A stretch of 64,000 bases of DNA from Nanobdellati archaeon. GTDB taxonomy: Archaea > EX4484-52 > GLR71. The notes under the pieces were generated by a model. The model worked only from the letters and a program-made list of their open reading frames with translations. It searched no databases and was not told where the DNA came from. The stretch spans positions 32,001 to 96,000 of the forward strand of contig JAHYJR010000002.1 of assembly GCA_019429005.1 (NCBI GenBank). Direction: 5' to 3'. Shown here piece after piece: positions 30,341 through 41,832 of this stretch; the stretch's first letter is position 1; each line of letters begins with the position of its first letter. The position numbers and the translations under genes were made by a program.

Positions 30341-32038
30341 TCAATCAAAATACGCATTCAGAACATACTGCTCAACCATACGGTGCGTATTGAAGAAAGA
30401 CGCATTAAAAGCAATAGCATGTTTCATTATATTCCGCCATTCTTTAGAATCATTATAATATTTAAAAATTATATTTTCTAATTTCTTATACATATCATCA
30501 GAATCTTCATGATTTGTATTTTCTTTTGGATTTCTGCACCCAATAGACCATCCTGTAACATTTTCAACATGACCTTCAAGCCACCAACCATCAAGAACAC
30601 TTAAGCTAGGTACACCATTATGGCATGCTTTCATTCCAGACGTGCCTGATGCTTCAAGAGGACGAAGAGGTGTATTTAACCATAAATCTCCACCAGCAAC
30701 TAGTATCTTTGCAGTCTCCATATTATAATTTTCAATATAAACAACTTTTATTGAATCTTTAAGATCTGTTACTTTTAAAAATATGTTCTTTATTATATCC
30801 TTTCCTGGCTGATCATTAGGATGCGCTTTTCCAGCATAAATTATTTGAAATGCACCAACATTTTTAGAAATATCAATCAATTTTTTAATATCTGTAAAAA
30901 GAAGATCTGCCCGTTTATATGTTGCACTCCTACGAGCAAAAACAATTGTAAATACATCAGGATCCATACCAACATTAGTCTTTTGATTTACAAAATCAAT
31001 AAGATCTTTTTTGGCATTTTCATGTGTTTCCCAAATCTTCTGTTTAGGTATATTTAATGCATATCGTAATGTAAATGGATCCTTTTGCCAACCAGGTATA
31101 AATCGATCATAAAGTTCTTTAAAATGTTTAGATGTCCATGTTGCTGAATGTACACCATTTGTTATTGAATCAATCATATAACCAGGAAACATTTGTCTTG
31201 AAATTTCTCCATGCTTTTTTGCAACACCATTTATATGTTTACTATAATCAAGTGCAAGATAAGTCAAATTAAGTGCACCGTCATGAAATAAAGGTTTCAT
31301 TTCATCAAAAGGTATAATTTCCCCAACTACAGATCTAACAAGATCTTCTGAAAACGTATCATGTCCAGCAGGCACAGGTGTATGTGTTGTAAAAACACAT
31401 TTATTCCTCACAGCTTCTCGTAATTTATTTCCAGTATGTTTAACTCTTTTTTTCCTAAGCAATTCAAGTATAAGAAGACTTGAATGACCCTCATTCATAT
31501 GATATTTTTTAATATTTGAATATCCTAATTTATCAAGAATACGAATACCGCCAATACCAAGTATAATCTCTTGACAAAGTCGATATTTATGATCGCCACC
31601 ATAAAGATAATCTGTGATATGCCTATCATTCTCAGCATTTTCTTCTAAATCAGTATCAAGAAAAATTACAGGCACTTGAAATTTATTCACACCTGTTACT
31701 TTGTATTTCCATGCTGTTACAGCAACTTCTCTTCCTTCAATAGTAACATAAATCTTTTTATTAAGTTTATTAAGCTGTTTTTCAGGTTCCCAAATCACGG
31801 GTTCTTCAGTTTGTATGCCCTGTTCATTGAGTTTTTGTAAAAAATAGCCTTTACGATACAATAATGTAATTGCGACAAGAGGTACATTCAAATCAGCACA
31901 ACTTTTTATGCTATCTCCTGCAAGTATACCAAGACCGCCACTATATGTCGGTATTTTTTCATCTAAACCGATTTCCATACTAAAATATGCAATTTTTCGT
32001 TCTTTTTTAGTCAATTTGTTTTTAGAAAATCGGTCCAT
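30341..32038 (-). CDS. glgP: alpha-glucan (glycogen) phosphorylase
   Basis: YFSME, YSGGLGILAGD, HMNEGH, FTTHTPVPAGHD, EASGTSGMK (PLP lysine). Confidence 0.96.
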   Translation of the reverse strand: MDRFSKNKLTKKERKIAYFSMEIGLDEKIPTYSGGLGILAGDSIKSCADLNVPLVAITLLYRKGYFLQKLNEQGIQTEEPVIWEPEKQLNKLNKKIYVTIEGREVAVTAWKYKVTGVNKFQVPVIFLDTDLEENAENDRHITDYLYGGDHKYRLCQEIILGIGGIRILDKLGYSNIKKYHMNEGHSSLLILELLRKKRVKHTGNKLREAVRNKCVFTTHTPVPAGHDTFSEDLVRSVVGEIIPFDEMKPLFHDGALNLTYLALDYSKHINGVAKKHGEISRQMFPGYMIDSITNGVHSATWTSKHFKELYDRFIPGWQKDPFTLRYALNIPKQKIWETHENAKKDLIDFVNQKTNVGMDPDVFTIVFARRSATYKRADLLFTDIKKLIDISKNVGAFQIIYAGKAHPNDQPGKDIIKNIFLKVTDLKDSIKVVYIENYNMETAKILVAGGDLWLNTPLRPLEASGTSGMKACHNGVPSLSVLDGWWLEGHVENVTGWSIGCRNPKENTNHEDSDDMYKKLENIIFKYYNDSKEWRNIMKHAIAFNASFFNTHRMVEQYVLNAYFD

Positions 32039-32120
32039 AAATAATCACACTACTATACATATTTAGTCTTAAGGGGTATATAAAAATATGTAATCTTAAC
32101 CTATATTTGAATAATATTTA

Positions 32121-32230
32121 AATAATACATTAATAATACATTAATAATACATTAATAATACATTAATAATACATTAATAATACATTAATAATACATTAAT
32201 AATACATTAATAATACATTAATAATACATT
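32121..32230. repeat. perfect tandem array (AATAATACATT) x10
   Basis: 11-bp unit with no spacers. Confidence 0.95.
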
Positions 32231-32259
32231 AATAAATTAAATTCAATTAAAAAAACTCT

Positions 32260-32601
32260 ATGCATCTCAACGAATACTCAAAAGCTACAGGCATCAATCT
32301 TATTATAGCACTATCATTCACATCATCATATCTTATGCTTCTCGGATTATTATTCCTAAAAGGTATTGTTAATTACATGTGGAACATATCCGCATGGACA
32401 CTTATGTCAAAAATCGGTGAAAAAGAAAAAATTGAAGGTAGTGTTATTGGAGCATACGTTTCAATCGCAAAGATTGGTGCATTTCTAAGTTTTGTAGTAA
32501 GTGGTTTTATAGTCGCTTTATATGGGATACCAAGTCTGTTTATTATGAATGAATTATTGATATTGAAAGGTGTATTATTCGCATACCCCACTTATGCATA
32601 A
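32260..32601 (+). pseudogene. C-terminal fragment of an MFS-type transporter
   Basis: EGSVIGAYVSIAKIGAFLS..SGFIV..YG resembles MFS TM10-12; only 113 aa. Confidence 0.55.
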
Positions 32602-32623
32602 TAAATTATAAAATAATCAATAA

Positions 32624-33685
32624 TTATTTTTTTCTGTTAATCATAACAGTATGTGGGTATGGTATTTCAATTTTGGCTTTATCAAGAGCTGTTTTAATAT
32701 TTTTAGTTACATCGTTTTGAATATTAATAATATCCTTTTTTAAGTCAACCCAACATCTTACTTCAAGATCAACAGAATAAGCACCATAAGCTTTCACAAG
32801 AATTTCTGTCGGCTTTTTTTCTGAAATAACACCATCTACTTTATTTACCTCTTTGATTATCGATTTAATTGCTTTTTCAACATCAGAACCATATGCTATA
32901 CCAACAGGCACAGATATTCTTCTTATCGACTCTTTTGTATAATTTATCACAAGATCTGTTGTTATCATTGAATTTGGTATAATAACAAACTTATTATCAA
33001 ACAATCTAATTACAGTCTTTCTCAAAGCAATATCATCAATTGTACCTATCTGATTTTGAATCTCTACTATATCACCAATTTTAAAAGGTTTGTCAATAAT
33101 AATCATAAAACCGGATATCATATTTGAGACTACATCCTTTGCTGCAAAACCCACAGCAATACTTGCAATACCTGCACCTGTAATAAGGGTTGTGATTATC
33201 TCGCTAAATCCCATAATTGATAATGCTATAATTATTACAATTATATAAATACTAGACCTAATTATAGTTTCTAATATGCTATATGTATTTTCTGAAAAAT
33301 CCATTCGGAACACTTTCCTATCAAATTTCCGTACAATTTTAACAAGATAATTTATAGTAATCTTTGCGATAAAATATAAAATTGCAAATTGATAAATCTT
33401 ACTTTTAAAGGGATTCTCTATACCTATTAAAATAAAAGAAGCGTATACACCTGAAAGATATGTTATATATACTACCAAATCTTCAAAAAAATCATGAAAT
33501 GTCTTTGAAAAATTAAACCATATTATTTTCTTATCAAGTTTCCTAAATATTGGTTTTAATATTCTAGCCATAAAATATGCAACAAGCATTATAATTATAA
33601 CAGATGCAATAGTCGTAAGTAAATTACCTATATCATAACTATATCCTAACGCACCAACAGTATAACTAAAAGTTGTAATATTCAT
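32624..33685 (-). CDS. mscS: mechanosensitive ion channel, MscS family
   Basis: GFAAKDVVSNMISG, KPFKIGD, IPNS, VGIAY, IEIPYP. Confidence 0.93.
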   Translation of the reverse strand: MNITTFSYTVGALGYSYDIGNLLTTIASVIIIMLVAYFMARILKPIFRKLDKKIIWFNFSKTFHDFFEDLVVYITYLSGVYASFILIGIENPFKSKIYQFAILYFIAKITINYLVKIVRKFDRKVFRMDFSENTYSILETIIRSSIYIIVIIIALSIMGFSEIITTLITGAGIASIAVGFAAKDVVSNMISGFMIIIDKPFKIGDIVEIQNQIGTIDDIALRKTVIRLFDNKFVIIPNSMITTDLVINYTKESIRRISVPVGIAYGSDVEKAIKSIIKEVNKVDGVISEKKPTEILVKAYGAYSVDLEVRCWVDLKKDIINIQNDVTKNIKTALDKAKIEIPYPHTVMINRKK

Positions 33686-33756
33686 AATATTAATATGACC
33701 CTTATAATATTTATATAATAATGGGATATTATTAAATAATAAATTAAATAATCTCA

Positions 33757-34068
33757 CTATAACGCATATTCACAAAGTTTCTTTTCTTTAGGTGTCCTTA
33801 TGTTAGAAACGTCACCTGAAACATTTTTCAAAAATAACATTTTAATCAGTTCAAGATTATAATCCGGATAATTTCCAAGTATCCATGTTTCAGTCGCTCT
33901 AATTCTAGGACTATGATAAATTATTTGAATTTTTTTATTTTTTAATTTTATACCTAAGTTTTGAACTTGTTTAAATCCATTCAGAGATAGATGATCATCA
34001 TAGTCTCCACCATACTAATCTTCTAAATCCCCCGTTTTTTCTCCATGCCTAATAAGATCAATATTCAT
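33757..34068 (-). pseudogene. histidine phosphatase (phosphoglycerate mutase family) remnant
   Basis: LIRHGE, in-frame TAG at 34015-34017, DDHLSLNG..Q, IYHSPRIRATET, then unrelated sequence. Confidence 0.8.
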
Positions 34069-34133
34069 TATTCTAATTTAACAAAATTTACTTAAAAAAC
34101 GTTCTTATAAATTAAGACTAATAAATATCATAT

Positions 34134-34214
34134 ATAATATTAATAATATTAATAATATTAATAATATTAATAATATTAATAATATTAATAATATTAATAA
34201 TATTAATAATATTA
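34134..34214. repeat. perfect tandem array (ATAATATTA) x9
   Basis: 9-bp unit, read directly. Confidence 0.95.
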
Positions 34215-34253
34215 ACAAAAATCATATTTAAGTTACAAAATACAATAATACCT

Positions 34254-34994
34254 ATGCACAAACGTTTCTATGAAATAGATGTCTTGCGAGGAATTGCAAT
34301 TATCCTTATGATCTTATACCATATGGCATATGACCTTAATTATTTTGCTAGATTCAGTTTAAACGTGCATTCAGGAACCCTTCTAGTAATTGGAAGACTT
34401 TCAGCAATAACATTCATATTTCTTGTCGGTGTCTCTCTCACTATAAGTCTCTCTAGAACACAAAAAAAACTTTCTAAAATTGATATTTATAAAAAATATA
34501 TTAAAAGAGGTCTAAACATCTTTTCATTTGGATTAATAATCACTTTAATAACATACATTTTCCTTGAAAGCGGAACAATCTATTTTGGAATACTTCATTT
34601 TATAGGCATATCAATTATATTAGCATACCCATTTTTAAAATACAAAAAACTTAATCTTGTACTTAGCATGTTTGTTATCGCGTTAGGTTTTCAAATAGAG
34701 CAATATACAATCAATTCATTATACCTTCTGCCTTTAGGTATACGACCAACAGTATTTTATTCCCTTGACTATTTCCCTTTATTCCCTTGGTTCGGTTTAA
34801 TTTTATTTGGTATATTCATAGGTAATAATATTTATAAAGATGGTAAAAGACAATTTAAACTCAAAGATTATTCAGAATACCTACAACCCTTATCCTTTAT
34901 TGGCCAAAAATCACTTTTAATTTATCTTTTACATCAACCCATTTTAATTGGCCTGATTTATTTAGTTCAATATTTTCTAACTAACATTTTCTAA
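34254..34994 (+). CDS. DUF1624 / heparan-alpha-glucosaminide N-acetyltransferase-domain membrane protein
   Basis: RFYEIDVLRGIAIILMILYH, FGILH, DYFPLFPW, SLLIYLLHQP. Confidence 0.9.
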   Translation: MHKRFYEIDVLRGIAIILMILYHMAYDLNYFARFSLNVHSGTLLVIGRLSAITFIFLVGVSLTISLSRTQKKLSKIDIYKKYIKRGLNIFSFGLIITLITYIFLESGTIYFGILHFIGISIILAYPFLKYKKLNLVLSMFVIALGFQIEQYTINSLYLLPLGIRPTVFYSLDYFPLFPWFGLILFGIFIGNNIYKDGKRQFKLKDYSEYLQPLSFIGQKSLLIYLLHQPILIGLIYLVQYFLTNIF

Positions 34995-35104
34995 CAAAAA
35001 GATTATAAATAAAATATTATAATTAAAAAATATCAAAAATATTCAGACTTTATCGGCCAAAGATACACACCACTTTTAAATTATTATAATCTAAAACAAT
35101 TCTT

Positions 35105-37060
35105 ATGGATAAGTTCAATCTTGTATCAAAATTTGAACCTAAAGGCGACCAGATAAACGCAATCAAACAGCTTACAGAAGGTCTTAAAAAAAACCATAGA
35201 TACCAGACACTTAAAGGCGTTACAGGTTCAGGAAAAACATTTACAATCGCAAATGTAATTAATAATGTAAACAGACCAACTCTTATAATAACCCACAACA
35301 AGACTCTTGCAGCACAACTCTACAACGAGTTCAAAGAATTCTTTCCAGAAAATGCAGTTGAATATTTTGTCAGCTATTATGATTATTATCAGCCTGAAAG
35401 CTATATCCCTCAAAAAGATTTATACATCGCAAAAGATGCATCAATCAATGATAAGATAGATAAACTTAGACTTTCAGCCACAAGGTCTCTTATGACAAGA
35501 CATGATGTTATAATTGTTGCAAGCGTTTCATGTATATATGGTCTGGGATCACCCGAAGAATACAAAAAAATGATAGTTTCAGTAAAAGTAGGAGATACAA
35601 TAGATATGGATCAATTAATTGAAGGTCTATGTAATATACAATATACACGAAATGACACAGCTTTAGAGCGAACTAAATTCCGTATAAAAGGTGACATTGT
35701 AGACATCTATTTGAGCTATGATGATATTATAGTACGAATTGACTTTTTTGGTGACACAATAGAAAAAATATCAATATTAAATCCAATAACACAACAGGTA
35801 ATCAGAACTGAAAATGAAATAGTCATATTCCCTGCAAAACATTTTGTAATGCCTGAAGAAAGAACCTTAAAAGCGATAAAGACAATCAAGAAAGAACTTG
35901 AAGAACGCCTAAAGGTATTGTATGGTAATGGCGAGATTGTTGAAGCAAAACGACTTGATCAAAGAACTAATTATGACCTTGAAATGTTAAAAGAAATTGG
36001 ATATTGTTCAGGAATTGAAAACTATTCAAGACATTTTGATAACCGTAAACCTGGAAGTCCGCCATCCACACTTATAGATTTCTTTCCTGAAGATTTTATG
36101 ATTGTGATAGATGAATCTCACGCCACAATGCCACAAATAAGAGGTATGTTTTTTGGTGATCATTCAAGAAAGAAAAATCTGATTGATTACGGTTTCAGAT
36201 TACCTTCCGCTTTTGATAACAGACCACTTCAATTTGATGAATTTAATAAATTCAATAAAAACACAATATTTCTGTCAGCAACACCTGCAGATTATGAAAA
36301 AGATATTTCAAAAAAAATAGTTGAACAAATTATAAGACCAACTGGCTTAGTTGACCCTGAAATTTTTATACGTTCTGCAAAAGATCAAGTACAAGACGTT
36401 AAAAAAGAAATTTTAAATGAGATTAAAAAAGGTTTTAGAGTGCTTATAACAACACTTACAAAAAAACAATCTGAAGACCTATCTGAACATCTTGAATCTG
36501 AAGGTATAAAGACACAATACCTTCATTCAGAAATAAATACTATTGAACGTACCGAAATTATCCGAAATCTTAGACTTGGAAAATTTGATTGCCTTGTTGG
36601 TGTAAATCTTTTAAGAGAAGGTCTTGATATTCCTGAAGTGTCACTTGTTGCTATACTTGATGCAGATAAAGAAGGATTTTTAAGAAGTAAGACATCGCTA
36701 ATCCAAACCATGGGTCGTGCCTCAAGAAATAGTGAAAGTCGAGTTATACTTTATGCAGATAAAATAACAGATTCGATTAAAGCTGCAAAAGATGAAACTG
36801 AAAAACGAAGAAAGATACAGATTAAATATAATCAGAAACATAACATCGAACCCAAAACAATCATTAGAGACGTTCAAAAAAAGATTGTTGAAGATGACAT
36901 AAAAACTGAAATTGATATATCTAAAATCCCTGCATCTGAAATAGAATTCATGATATACGAACTTGAACTTGAGATGGATAATGCAGCAGAAAATCTTGAA
37001 TTTGAGAAAGCTGCAGAATTAAGAGATACACTTAAGAAGCTTAAGGAAAGACTTGATTAA
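35105..37060 (+). CDS. uvrB: excinuclease ABC subunit B
   Basis: GVTGSGKT, YYDYYQPE beta-hairpin, DESH, GFRLPSA, C-terminal UVR domain. Confidence 0.98.
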   Translation: MDKFNLVSKFEPKGDQINAIKQLTEGLKKNHRYQTLKGVTGSGKTFTIANVINNVNRPTLIITHNKTLAAQLYNEFKEFFPENAVEYFVSYYDYYQPESYIPQKDLYIAKDASINDKIDKLRLSATRSLMTRHDVIIVASVSCIYGLGSPEEYKKMIVSVKVGDTIDMDQLIEGLCNIQYTRNDTALERTKFRIKGDIVDIYLSYDDIIVRIDFFGDTIEKISILNPITQQVIRTENEIVIFPAKHFVMPEERTLKAIKTIKKELEERLKVLYGNGEIVEAKRLDQRTNYDLEMLKEIGYCSGIENYSRHFDNRKPGSPPSTLIDFFPEDFMIVIDESHATMPQIRGMFFGDHSRKKNLIDYGFRLPSAFDNRPLQFDEFNKFNKNTIFLSATPADYEKDISKKIVEQIIRPTGLVDPEIFIRSAKDQVQDVKKEILNEIKKGFRVLITTLTKKQSEDLSEHLESEGIKTQYLHSEINTIERTEIIRNLRLGKFDCLVGVNLLREGLDIPEVSLVAILDADKEGFLRSKTSLIQTMGRASRNSESRVILYADKITDSIKAAKDETEKRRKIQIKYNQKHNIEPKTIIRDVQKKIVEDDIKTEIDISKIPASEIEFMIYELELEMDNAAENLEFEKAAELRDTLKKLKERLD

Positions 37061-37163
37061 AAATAAGGTAATATACAAAGATTATACTTAATTTAATAAG
37101 ATTCGAATATAAATAAATAACATTTATATTATTTTTATAATAAGCATCATAACATTAACAATT

Positions 37164-38330
37164 ATGGTTTTAGGAATGGCACTCATAAAGAAAAAAAATA
37201 CCGTTCTACACTTGATTCTTATATATTTGAATCTGTAATAAGAAAAGCTTCAGAGGAAATTAATAAAAGATATTATATAAGATATTCATTCTTATTTGGT
37301 TCAACTGTACACAGAACAGCAACAAAAAAAGATTATACTCAAAATTGAAAAGATGATAGTGATATTGATTGGATAATAGTCACAGATAAATCCGAAGATG
37401 CCGAAAATATAAATAAATATTTGAATGATTTATCTGAAAAAGAACACATAAAAATAAATGCCAATGTATATGGCGAAAAAAATATGTTTTATGATTATCT
37501 TGATGATATTATATCTAAAAAAGATGGTTGTATTGTTATAGTTCCAGATAAAAATTATCAACTACTTTCAGAAACAGCCATAAAAACCTTTTTCCAAAAA
37601 CATATCAGATTACATACAGATCCAGAAATACAACAAAAAATAGATAATGTCAAAAATATTATTGGATATAATATTAAACAAGATTAAACATTCAAAAGTT
37701 ATAATAAACGTCTAAGAACTCAAACACACATAATTAATAAAAAAATATTAGATAAATATCAAAAACAACTTATAAATAGGGACACAAAAGGTACAATCAA
37801 TAATGCATACCCTTGGCATCCAGCATATATTGAACTATTTGAAAAAATGACACGTCGCGGTAAAAAAACATTCAAAAAATCAAAACTAAATGCAAACGAC
37901 CCAATCCATCGAAAAATTGTTGACATTTACCAAAAAACTGGTGGCGACACTAATAATTTACCTCTTATACAAAAACAGAATGTTGAAAATCTGAAATAAC
38001 AGCGAATCGAAGATGCAAGACAAAAAAGACTTGAAGATATTGAAAATGGTTATTCAATAAGCTCAAGATATGAATAACCACTAATAGAACCTGAAAATAT
38101 TATTAAGACCTAAATCATAGAAATTGATATTGAAAAAAATCATGGATGTTAGGGTCATGGAAATTTGAATTTGCCAAATTTACCCACTTGTAAATTTAAA
38201 GTACATCAAGGTAAATCAGATCAAAGATACAGAGCATAAATAACAATGATTGATGGTGTACCCGAAATGAACTGACGATTAATCAAATTAGACAATTGTA
38301 CATTAATTGATTCACTATCTAGGCCCTAAA
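37164..38330 (+). pseudogene. decayed nucleotidyltransferase (MNT/Pol-beta-like) domain protein
   Basis: FLFGSTV..SDIDWIIV motif; one frame continues about 1.1 kb through multiple in-frame stops. Confidence 0.65.
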
Positions 38331-38380
38331 GGCCACTTAAGACATAACCCTTTATAAAATAATTCATCAAATATAGGGTT

Positions 38381-41251
38381 ATGAAAAAAACACCTAGTTC
38401 TAAAAAACTTGAAAATAAAACAATCTCAAGAGGAGACATAGTAATAAAAGGCGCACGAGAACATAATCTAAAAAATATAAATCTAACACTCCCACGAGAT
38501 AAATTAATAGTTATAACGGGTCTTTCGGGTTCCGGAAAATCATCTCTTGCATTTGATACAATCTATGCTGAAGGACAAAGACGTTATGTTGAATCTCTTT
38601 CAGCATATGCAAGACAATTTCTTGGATTAATGAACAAACCAGACATTGATTCAATTGACGGACTTTCACCAGCAATTTCAATAGAACAAAAAACTACAAG
38701 CAAAAACCCAAGATCAACAGTAGGTACAGTAACTGAAATCTATGATTACTTAAGACTTCTTTATGCAAGAATTGGAATACCTCACTGTCCAAAATGTGGT
38801 GACAAGATTGAAAAACAAACAGCTGATGAAATAGTTCAAAAGGTTCTTAAATTTCCAAAAAGTTCAAAAATTCTTATAATCTCACCTGTTATAAGAAAAC
38901 GAAAAGGTGAATATAGTAAATTTATTGCAGATCTAGGCAAAAAAGGATATCAACGTATCCGAATTGATGGTGATTTTTGTAATGTTACAGATGATTTCTT
39001 GCTTGATAAACAAATAAAACATGATATTGATATTGTAGTTGATAGATTAATAATAAGAGATGGTATGAAAACAAGACTTCAAAGTGCAATTGAAGCAGCT
39101 TTAAGTGAATCAAAAGGTCTTGTAATAATCAGGATAGAATCTGAAAAAAATAATGAAGAAATACTTTTTAGCCAAAATTTTGCTTGTGTTAAATGCGATA
39201 TAAATCTTTCAGAATTTACACCAAGAATGTTTTCTTTCAATAATCCATTTGGTGCATGTCCATCATGCCATGGTCTTGGAGTAAAACTAGAAATTAATCA
39301 AGATCTAATAATACCAAACAAAGAACTTTCAATTGCACAAGGAGCTATTGCACCTTGGAGCAAACATTTCAAAAGTTTCTATATGCAACGTCTTAATTCA
39401 ATTGCAGAAAATTATGGCTTTGATATATACACACCAGTAAAAGATATGACACAAGAACAGATAGATATCGTTATGCATGGTTCAGGCGAAAAAAAGATAA
39501 AAACCAGATATGAACATAAACATTCAGAAGGTCACTGGGAAACATTTACAACATATGAAGGCGTAATTAATAACCTGAAAAGATTGCATAGAGAAACAAA
39601 ATCAGAATATAGACGAAAAGATATTGAAAGCTATATGCAAGAAACACCTTGTCATTCATGTAATGGAAAACGTCTTAAACAAGAAGTACTTTCAGTAACT
39701 ATTGCAAACAAATCAATATCTGAGGTTACAGATATGTCTATTACCGAAGCTAAAGACTTTTTTACAAATATTAAACTAACAAAACAAGAACAGATAATAT
39801 CAAAACTAATCTTAAAAGAAACCAAAGAACGACTTAATTTTCTTATAAATGTAGGTCTTGAATATCTTACGTTATCAAGATCAAGCGGCACATTATCTGG
39901 TGGAGAATCACAGAGAATTAGACTTGCAACACAAATTGGTGCAAACTTAATGGGTGTCTTATACATTCTTGATGAACCTAGTATTGGTCTTCATCAAAGA
40001 GATAATATGAGACTTATTAGCACATTAAAAAAATTAAGAGACCTTGGAAATACATTGATTGTTGTTGAACATGATTCCGAAACAATATTAAATTCAGATT
40101 ATGTCGTTGATATAGGTCCTGGTGCAGGCGTTCATGGAGGTTATATCGTTTCAAGTGGTACACCACAAGAGCTTATGAACGACCCGAAATCAATAACAGG
40201 ACACTATTTAAGTGGAAAAAAGAAAATATCAGTACCAAAAATAAGAAAACAATCAAACGGACATTATATTGAAATTAAAGGTGCAAATGAAAACAATCTA
40301 AAAAATATTGACATCTCACTACCTCTTGGTATTTTAACCTGTATCACTGGTGTTTCAGGATCTGGAAAATCAACGTTAATAAATGAAACCATGTATAAAG
40401 CATTAAAAAATCAAATTTATAGTTCACGAGAACACACAGGAGAATTTAAAAGTATTACTGGTTTTGAACATATTGATAAAGTCATAAACATAGATCAATC
40501 ACCCATAGGTAGAACACCACGATCAAATCCTGCAACATATACAAAAGTCTTTGATGAAATTAGACAACTTTTTGCAACAACTAAAGAAGCAAAAAAACGA
40601 GGTTATCTGAAAGGAAGATTCAGTTTTAATGTGCGTGGTGGAAGATGTGATGCTTGTGACGGTGATGGATTAATTAAGATTGAAATGCACTTTTTACCTG
40701 ACATATATGTTGAATGCGAAGTCTGTAAAGGTAAAAGATATAACAGCGAAACATTAGAAGTCAAATACAAAGATAATAATATTGCAGACATTCTTGATAT
40801 GACAGTTGAAGATGGACTGATATTCTTTGAAAATATTCCAAAAATAAAAATTAAAATGAAAACTCTTAACGATGTAGGTCTTGGTTATATAAAACTAGGT
40901 CAGTCTGCAACAACACTTTCGGGTGGCGAAGCACAAAGAATCAAACTTGCAAGCGAACTCTCAAAAAGATCAACCGGAAAAACATTATATCTTCTTGATG
41001 AACCTACAACAGGATTACATACTGCAGATATAGAAAAACTTCTTACAATACTTGACAAATTAAAAATGAGTGGAAACACAATAGTTGTCATTGAACATAA
41101 TCTTGATGTAATAAAATATGCAGATTATATAATTGATCTTGGTCCTGAAGGTGGTGATAAAGGTGGCGAAATCATAGCTGAAGGCACACCAGAAGAAGTC
41201 GCAAAAGTGAAAAAATCTTATACAGGACAGTATCTTAAAAAAATACTTTAA
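38381..41251 (+). CDS. uvrA: excinuclease ABC subunit A
   Basis: Two Walker A motifs ([16 protein letters not shown]), two LSGGE signatures, Zn fingers. Confidence 0.98.
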   Translation: MKKTPSSKKLENKTISRGDIVIKGAREHNLKNINLTLPRDKLIVITGLSGSGKSSLAFDTIYAEGQRRYVESLSAYARQFLGLMNKPDIDSIDGLSPAISIEQKTTSKNPRSTVGTVTEIYDYLRLLYARIGIPHCPKCGDKIEKQTADEIVQKVLKFPKSSKILIISPVIRKRKGEYSKFIADLGKKGYQRIRIDGDFCNVTDDFLLDKQIKHDIDIVVDRLIIRDGMKTRLQSAIEAALSESKGLVIIRIESEKNNEEILFSQNFACVKCDINLSEFTPRMFSFNNPFGACPSCHGLGVKLEINQDLIIPNKELSIAQGAIAPWSKHFKSFYMQRLNSIAENYGFDIYTPVKDMTQEQIDIVMHGSGEKKIKTRYEHKHSEGHWETFTTYEGVINNLKRLHRETKSEYRRKDIESYMQETPCHSCNGKRLKQEVLSVTIANKSISEVTDMSITEAKDFFTNIKLTKQEQIISKLILKETKERLNFLINVGLEYLTLSRSSGTLSGGESQRIRLATQIGANLMGVLYILDEPSIGLHQRDNMRLISTLKKLRDLGNTLIVVEHDSETILNSDYVVDIGPGAGVHGGYIVSSGTPQELMNDPKSITGHYLSGKKKISVPKIRKQSNGHYIEIKGANENNLKNIDISLPLGILTCITGVSGSGKSTLINETMYKALKNQIYSSREHTGEFKSITGFEHIDKVINIDQSPIGRTPRSNPATYTKVFDEIRQLFATTKEAKKRGYLKGRFSFNVRGGRCDACDGDGLIKIEMHFLPDIYVECEVCKGKRYNSETLEVKYKDNNIADILDMTVEDGLIFFENIPKIKIKMKTLNDVGLGYIKLGQSATTLSGGEAQRIKLASELSKRSTGKTLYLLDEPTTGLHTADIEKLLTILDKLKMSGNTIVVIEHNLDVIKYADYIIDLGPEGGDKGGEIIAEGTPEEVAKVKKSYTGQYLKKIL

Positions 41252-41316
41252 CACATTTATATAACCAAAAATTTATTTACGGCAAGATATTTATATCTTT
41301 AATAATCATAATTCTT

Positions 41317-41832
41317 ATGAAAAAACTTTACCTTGATATCGAAACAACAGGGCTTAGCAAACACAGTGATATCATAACAGTCGTTGGAATGTATGATGGT
41401 AAAAATGTAACTCAGCTTGTAAATGGAATCAATCTTGAATTTGAGGAAATTAATAAAATTATATCTAAATCAAAAACAATTATAACTTTCAATGGTCAAC
41501 GTTTTGATATGCCATTTATTCTACATCATTTCCCTGAACTTAATGTAAACCATACAGAACACGAAGACCTTATGTATCTTGGATGGTCTTTAGGATTAAA
41601 AGGGGGCTTAAAAAGTATTGAGACACATTTTGATATTAGTAGAGATTCAGGGATAACCAATGGTCTTGAAGCTGTAAGATTATGGCACAGTTACAAAAAA
41701 GGCAATAGTAATTCTTTAAAAAAACTTCTTGAATACAATCGAGAAGATATAGTCAATCTTGAACAAATTGAAACATTAATGAATAACATGAAAAATGCTA
41801 ATAGTATTAAAAATCAAGAAATAAATGATTAA
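41317..41832 (+). CDS. RNase H-like DEDD exonuclease (YprB/RNase_H_2 family)
   Basis: YLDIETTG, TFNGQRFD, LKGGLKSIE, YNREDI. Confidence 0.9.
   Translation: MKKLYLDIETTGLSKHSDIITVVGMYDGKNVTQLVNGINLEFEEINKIISKSKTIITFNGQRFDMPFILHHFPELNVNHTEHEDLMYLGWSLGLKGGLKSIETHFDISRDSGITNGLEAVRLWHSYKKGNSNSLKKLLEYNREDIVNLEQIETLMNNMKNANSIKNQEIND

Noticed and set aside
37164-38330. Stop-codon reassignment or selenocysteine/pyrrolysine read-through explaining the in-frame stops
   Set aside because: All three stop types interrupt the frames, and intact genes end in TAA, TAG and TGA (e.g. uvrB TAA, ybjQ TAG, valS TGA). No core gene has an internal stop.
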